This document shows, one piece after another, positions 61,718-64,000 of a stretch of 64,000 nt of DNA. The stretch's first letter is position 1. The number at the start of each line of letters is the position of its first letter. A program made the position numbers and the translations under genes. This DNA comes from the human T2T-CHM13v2.0 reference genome, Homo sapiens. Where the stretch lies: the NCBI RefSeq assembly GCF_009914755.1, contig NC_060926.1; one strand, written 5' to 3'. Below the pieces are notes generated by a model. That model searched no databases. It saw only the letters and a program-made list of their open reading frames with translations, and was not told the DNA's origin.

Positions 61718-61785
61718 GTTTACAGGACCAGGAAGATATTATAATGATGTAATGAGTGAAATGAATTAGGAATAAGAAAAATTCT

Positions 61786-61916
61786 GGACGAGGCATGGTG
61801 CCTCATGCTTGTAATCCCAGCACTCTGGGAGGCTGAGGCAGAAGGACTGCTTGAGCCCAGGAATCTGAGACCAGTCAGGGAAACATAATGAGACTTCATC
61901 TCTTAAAATAAAAAAA
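61786..61916 (+). mobile_element. FLAM_C / Alu left monomer
   Basis: Single arm with A-rich tail. Confidence 0.87.
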
Positions 61917-62139
61917 GAACAATTCTTTCTCCGTTTGGAACAAGTGATAGTTCACTTTCCTCTTAAATCTACTGAAAGAGAAAAGGCACATAGTGGGATG
62001 GTAAATGGTAATGTCACTTGGTCTCAACTTGGGGAGACAGCCGAAGGTAGGAGGGACTTTGGGGAACTGGGAGTCAGTCAGTTGCTGCTCAGCTCCATCC
62101 AAATGTTGCCTCATGGGGATGCAGCCCTAAAATGAGCAG

Positions 62140-62295
62140 AACCAATTTTTCCACAAGAATCTAGAAAACTGGATTTTTAAAGTAAAGGTTCAGATTTGTA
62201 CATTTGCACAATTAATTCAAAATTTTTGAAACTTTGTAAGAGCCAATCCTGTATGGCCCTAACAAAAAATATACATCTAGGGGCTAAATCTGTTT
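62140..62295 (+). mobile_element. MER103-like hAT fragment
   Basis: gaaaactggattttt...attaattcaaaattttt...aacaaaaaatatacatctagggg; weak resemblance only. Confidence 0.4.
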
Positions 62296-62728
62296 ATAAC
62301 CTGTAGTTGCTGAGTGAGGTAGAACTTATTAGCTTGCACCATCTTCGATTTGGAGAAAGGACAAAGATTCATGGTTCATTATTTGTATGTCTTTAAATAG
62401 GCTTTATCAGATAAAGAGAAAAAAGTTTAAAAAGCAAGGCATTTGAGGACAAGATTTATAGTGTGTGGACAGGAACTCTGCTCTTGCATTTCATTCCTAT
62501 AACATCAGAGCCAGAGTTCTTGGGTTAATACAGAATGCGTGATTTTATTTTAGGATCCACAGCACAATGAAGTAAGATATTGCTGATGTCAGGCTTATGG
62601 CATCTATAGTCATCTTGCTGTGAATATGGTCCTTAATAAAGAATTCATTAGAATGTTTCAGATAGGGCCTATGTTACAACAAAGATATGGAGATCTGGAT
62701 ATATCTAGATGACATGAGGAATTTTCTA

Positions 62729-63069
<341 letters not shown>

Positions 63070-64000
63070 CCCCTACTCCCATCACATTGCTTTAGATGCA
63101 TGAAAGCAATACGTTTTGGGTCTTGAGTATTTCTTGACATTTCAAGTGTAAATACAGCTTTAGATACTTCAGCATTTTTTTCCTACTCATTGATTAATGG
63201 TAGCTTTTTTTCTTTTTCTCCCAATTCAAGTACGTAGTAATAAGTTAATGTGAGATTTGTACATTTTAATTTGTATTTTTCTGTTTTAATAATATAATAA
63301 AATATTTTGTGTTGCATTTAGTAGTAAAGAAGTATCTTTTTACCTAAATGCTTGGTGAATACTTTCAAGTTTTGTATGATTAATAGTTAAAGGGTGCTAA
63401 GATAAATAAATATATACATGCTCTGTTTCCTGAACTGGAGATTAGAAACAAAGTTTGAAAAGAAGCCAGTAGACATGAGATATTGTGGTGAGATAAAGAT
63501 TGGCAAGGGTCTAAAACTGTGAACTTGCAGACTTGTGAAATCCCCACAAATTACCACAGAAGCTGATGAGGTTCTCTTTTTAATTTTAGTCCCAGCTTGG
63601 TTTCAGTTACTATTTCAACTCTTCAGCATCCTTATTATGACTAGTAGATCTGTTAGCAAAACTGCTGGTGGAAAAGTTTTTGTGTAATATCCACTCCCCC
63701 AAATTGTTTTAGGGACATTAATCACCTGACATGCATTTATTTTCATTCTACAGAAGAATAAATGCAATGTCCAGACTTGGATCCCATTCAAGATTCATTG
63801 GTCTATTACTGACATTTCTAAATGTATCTACTGAAATCTCCTGCTCTTTAACCTCTTTGCAGGAAGATATGTGTCTTTGTATTCCCTTGAGTACTTTCGG
63901 TATGTGTTTAATAAATACTTCTTAAAAATTAGATTGTAAATTGATCAATAAAGATATCATTGAATGGTTTGGGTGGTATGCCCAGAGACAGCTAGTTTTA

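Overview
Primate (human-like) genomic DNA, Alu-dense and with no credible intact protein-coding gene. Repeat family calls are by eye from remembered consensus sequences; no RepeatMasker was run. The window holds about 40 Alu/FLAM copies, old L1M/L2/MIR fragments, an Alu-interrupted Tigger1 fossil, hAT-type MITEs (MER5A, MER53, MER33, 2x MER1B, MER20) and solo LTRs (MLT1, MSTA, MER31). The provided ORFs are Alu-, repeat- or chance-derived, except for Tigger1 transposase remnants. The main non-repeat feature is a repeat-poor block of about 3.9 kb (41.0-44.9 kb). It looks like a non-CpG-island promoter with a + strand non-coding first exon ending at a GTAAGT donor at 42866, followed by (CT)n(GT)n. 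I cannot name the gene. The most unusual structure is a rearrangement-rich zone at 16-20.8 kb. It contains an MLT1 LTR split by an internally deleted L1, a chimeric Alu that looks like the scar of an Alu-Alu recombination deletion, a 187-bp templated insertion copied from 1.3 kb downstream, and a 179-bp tandem duplication. I found no evidence for a wholly new biological system.
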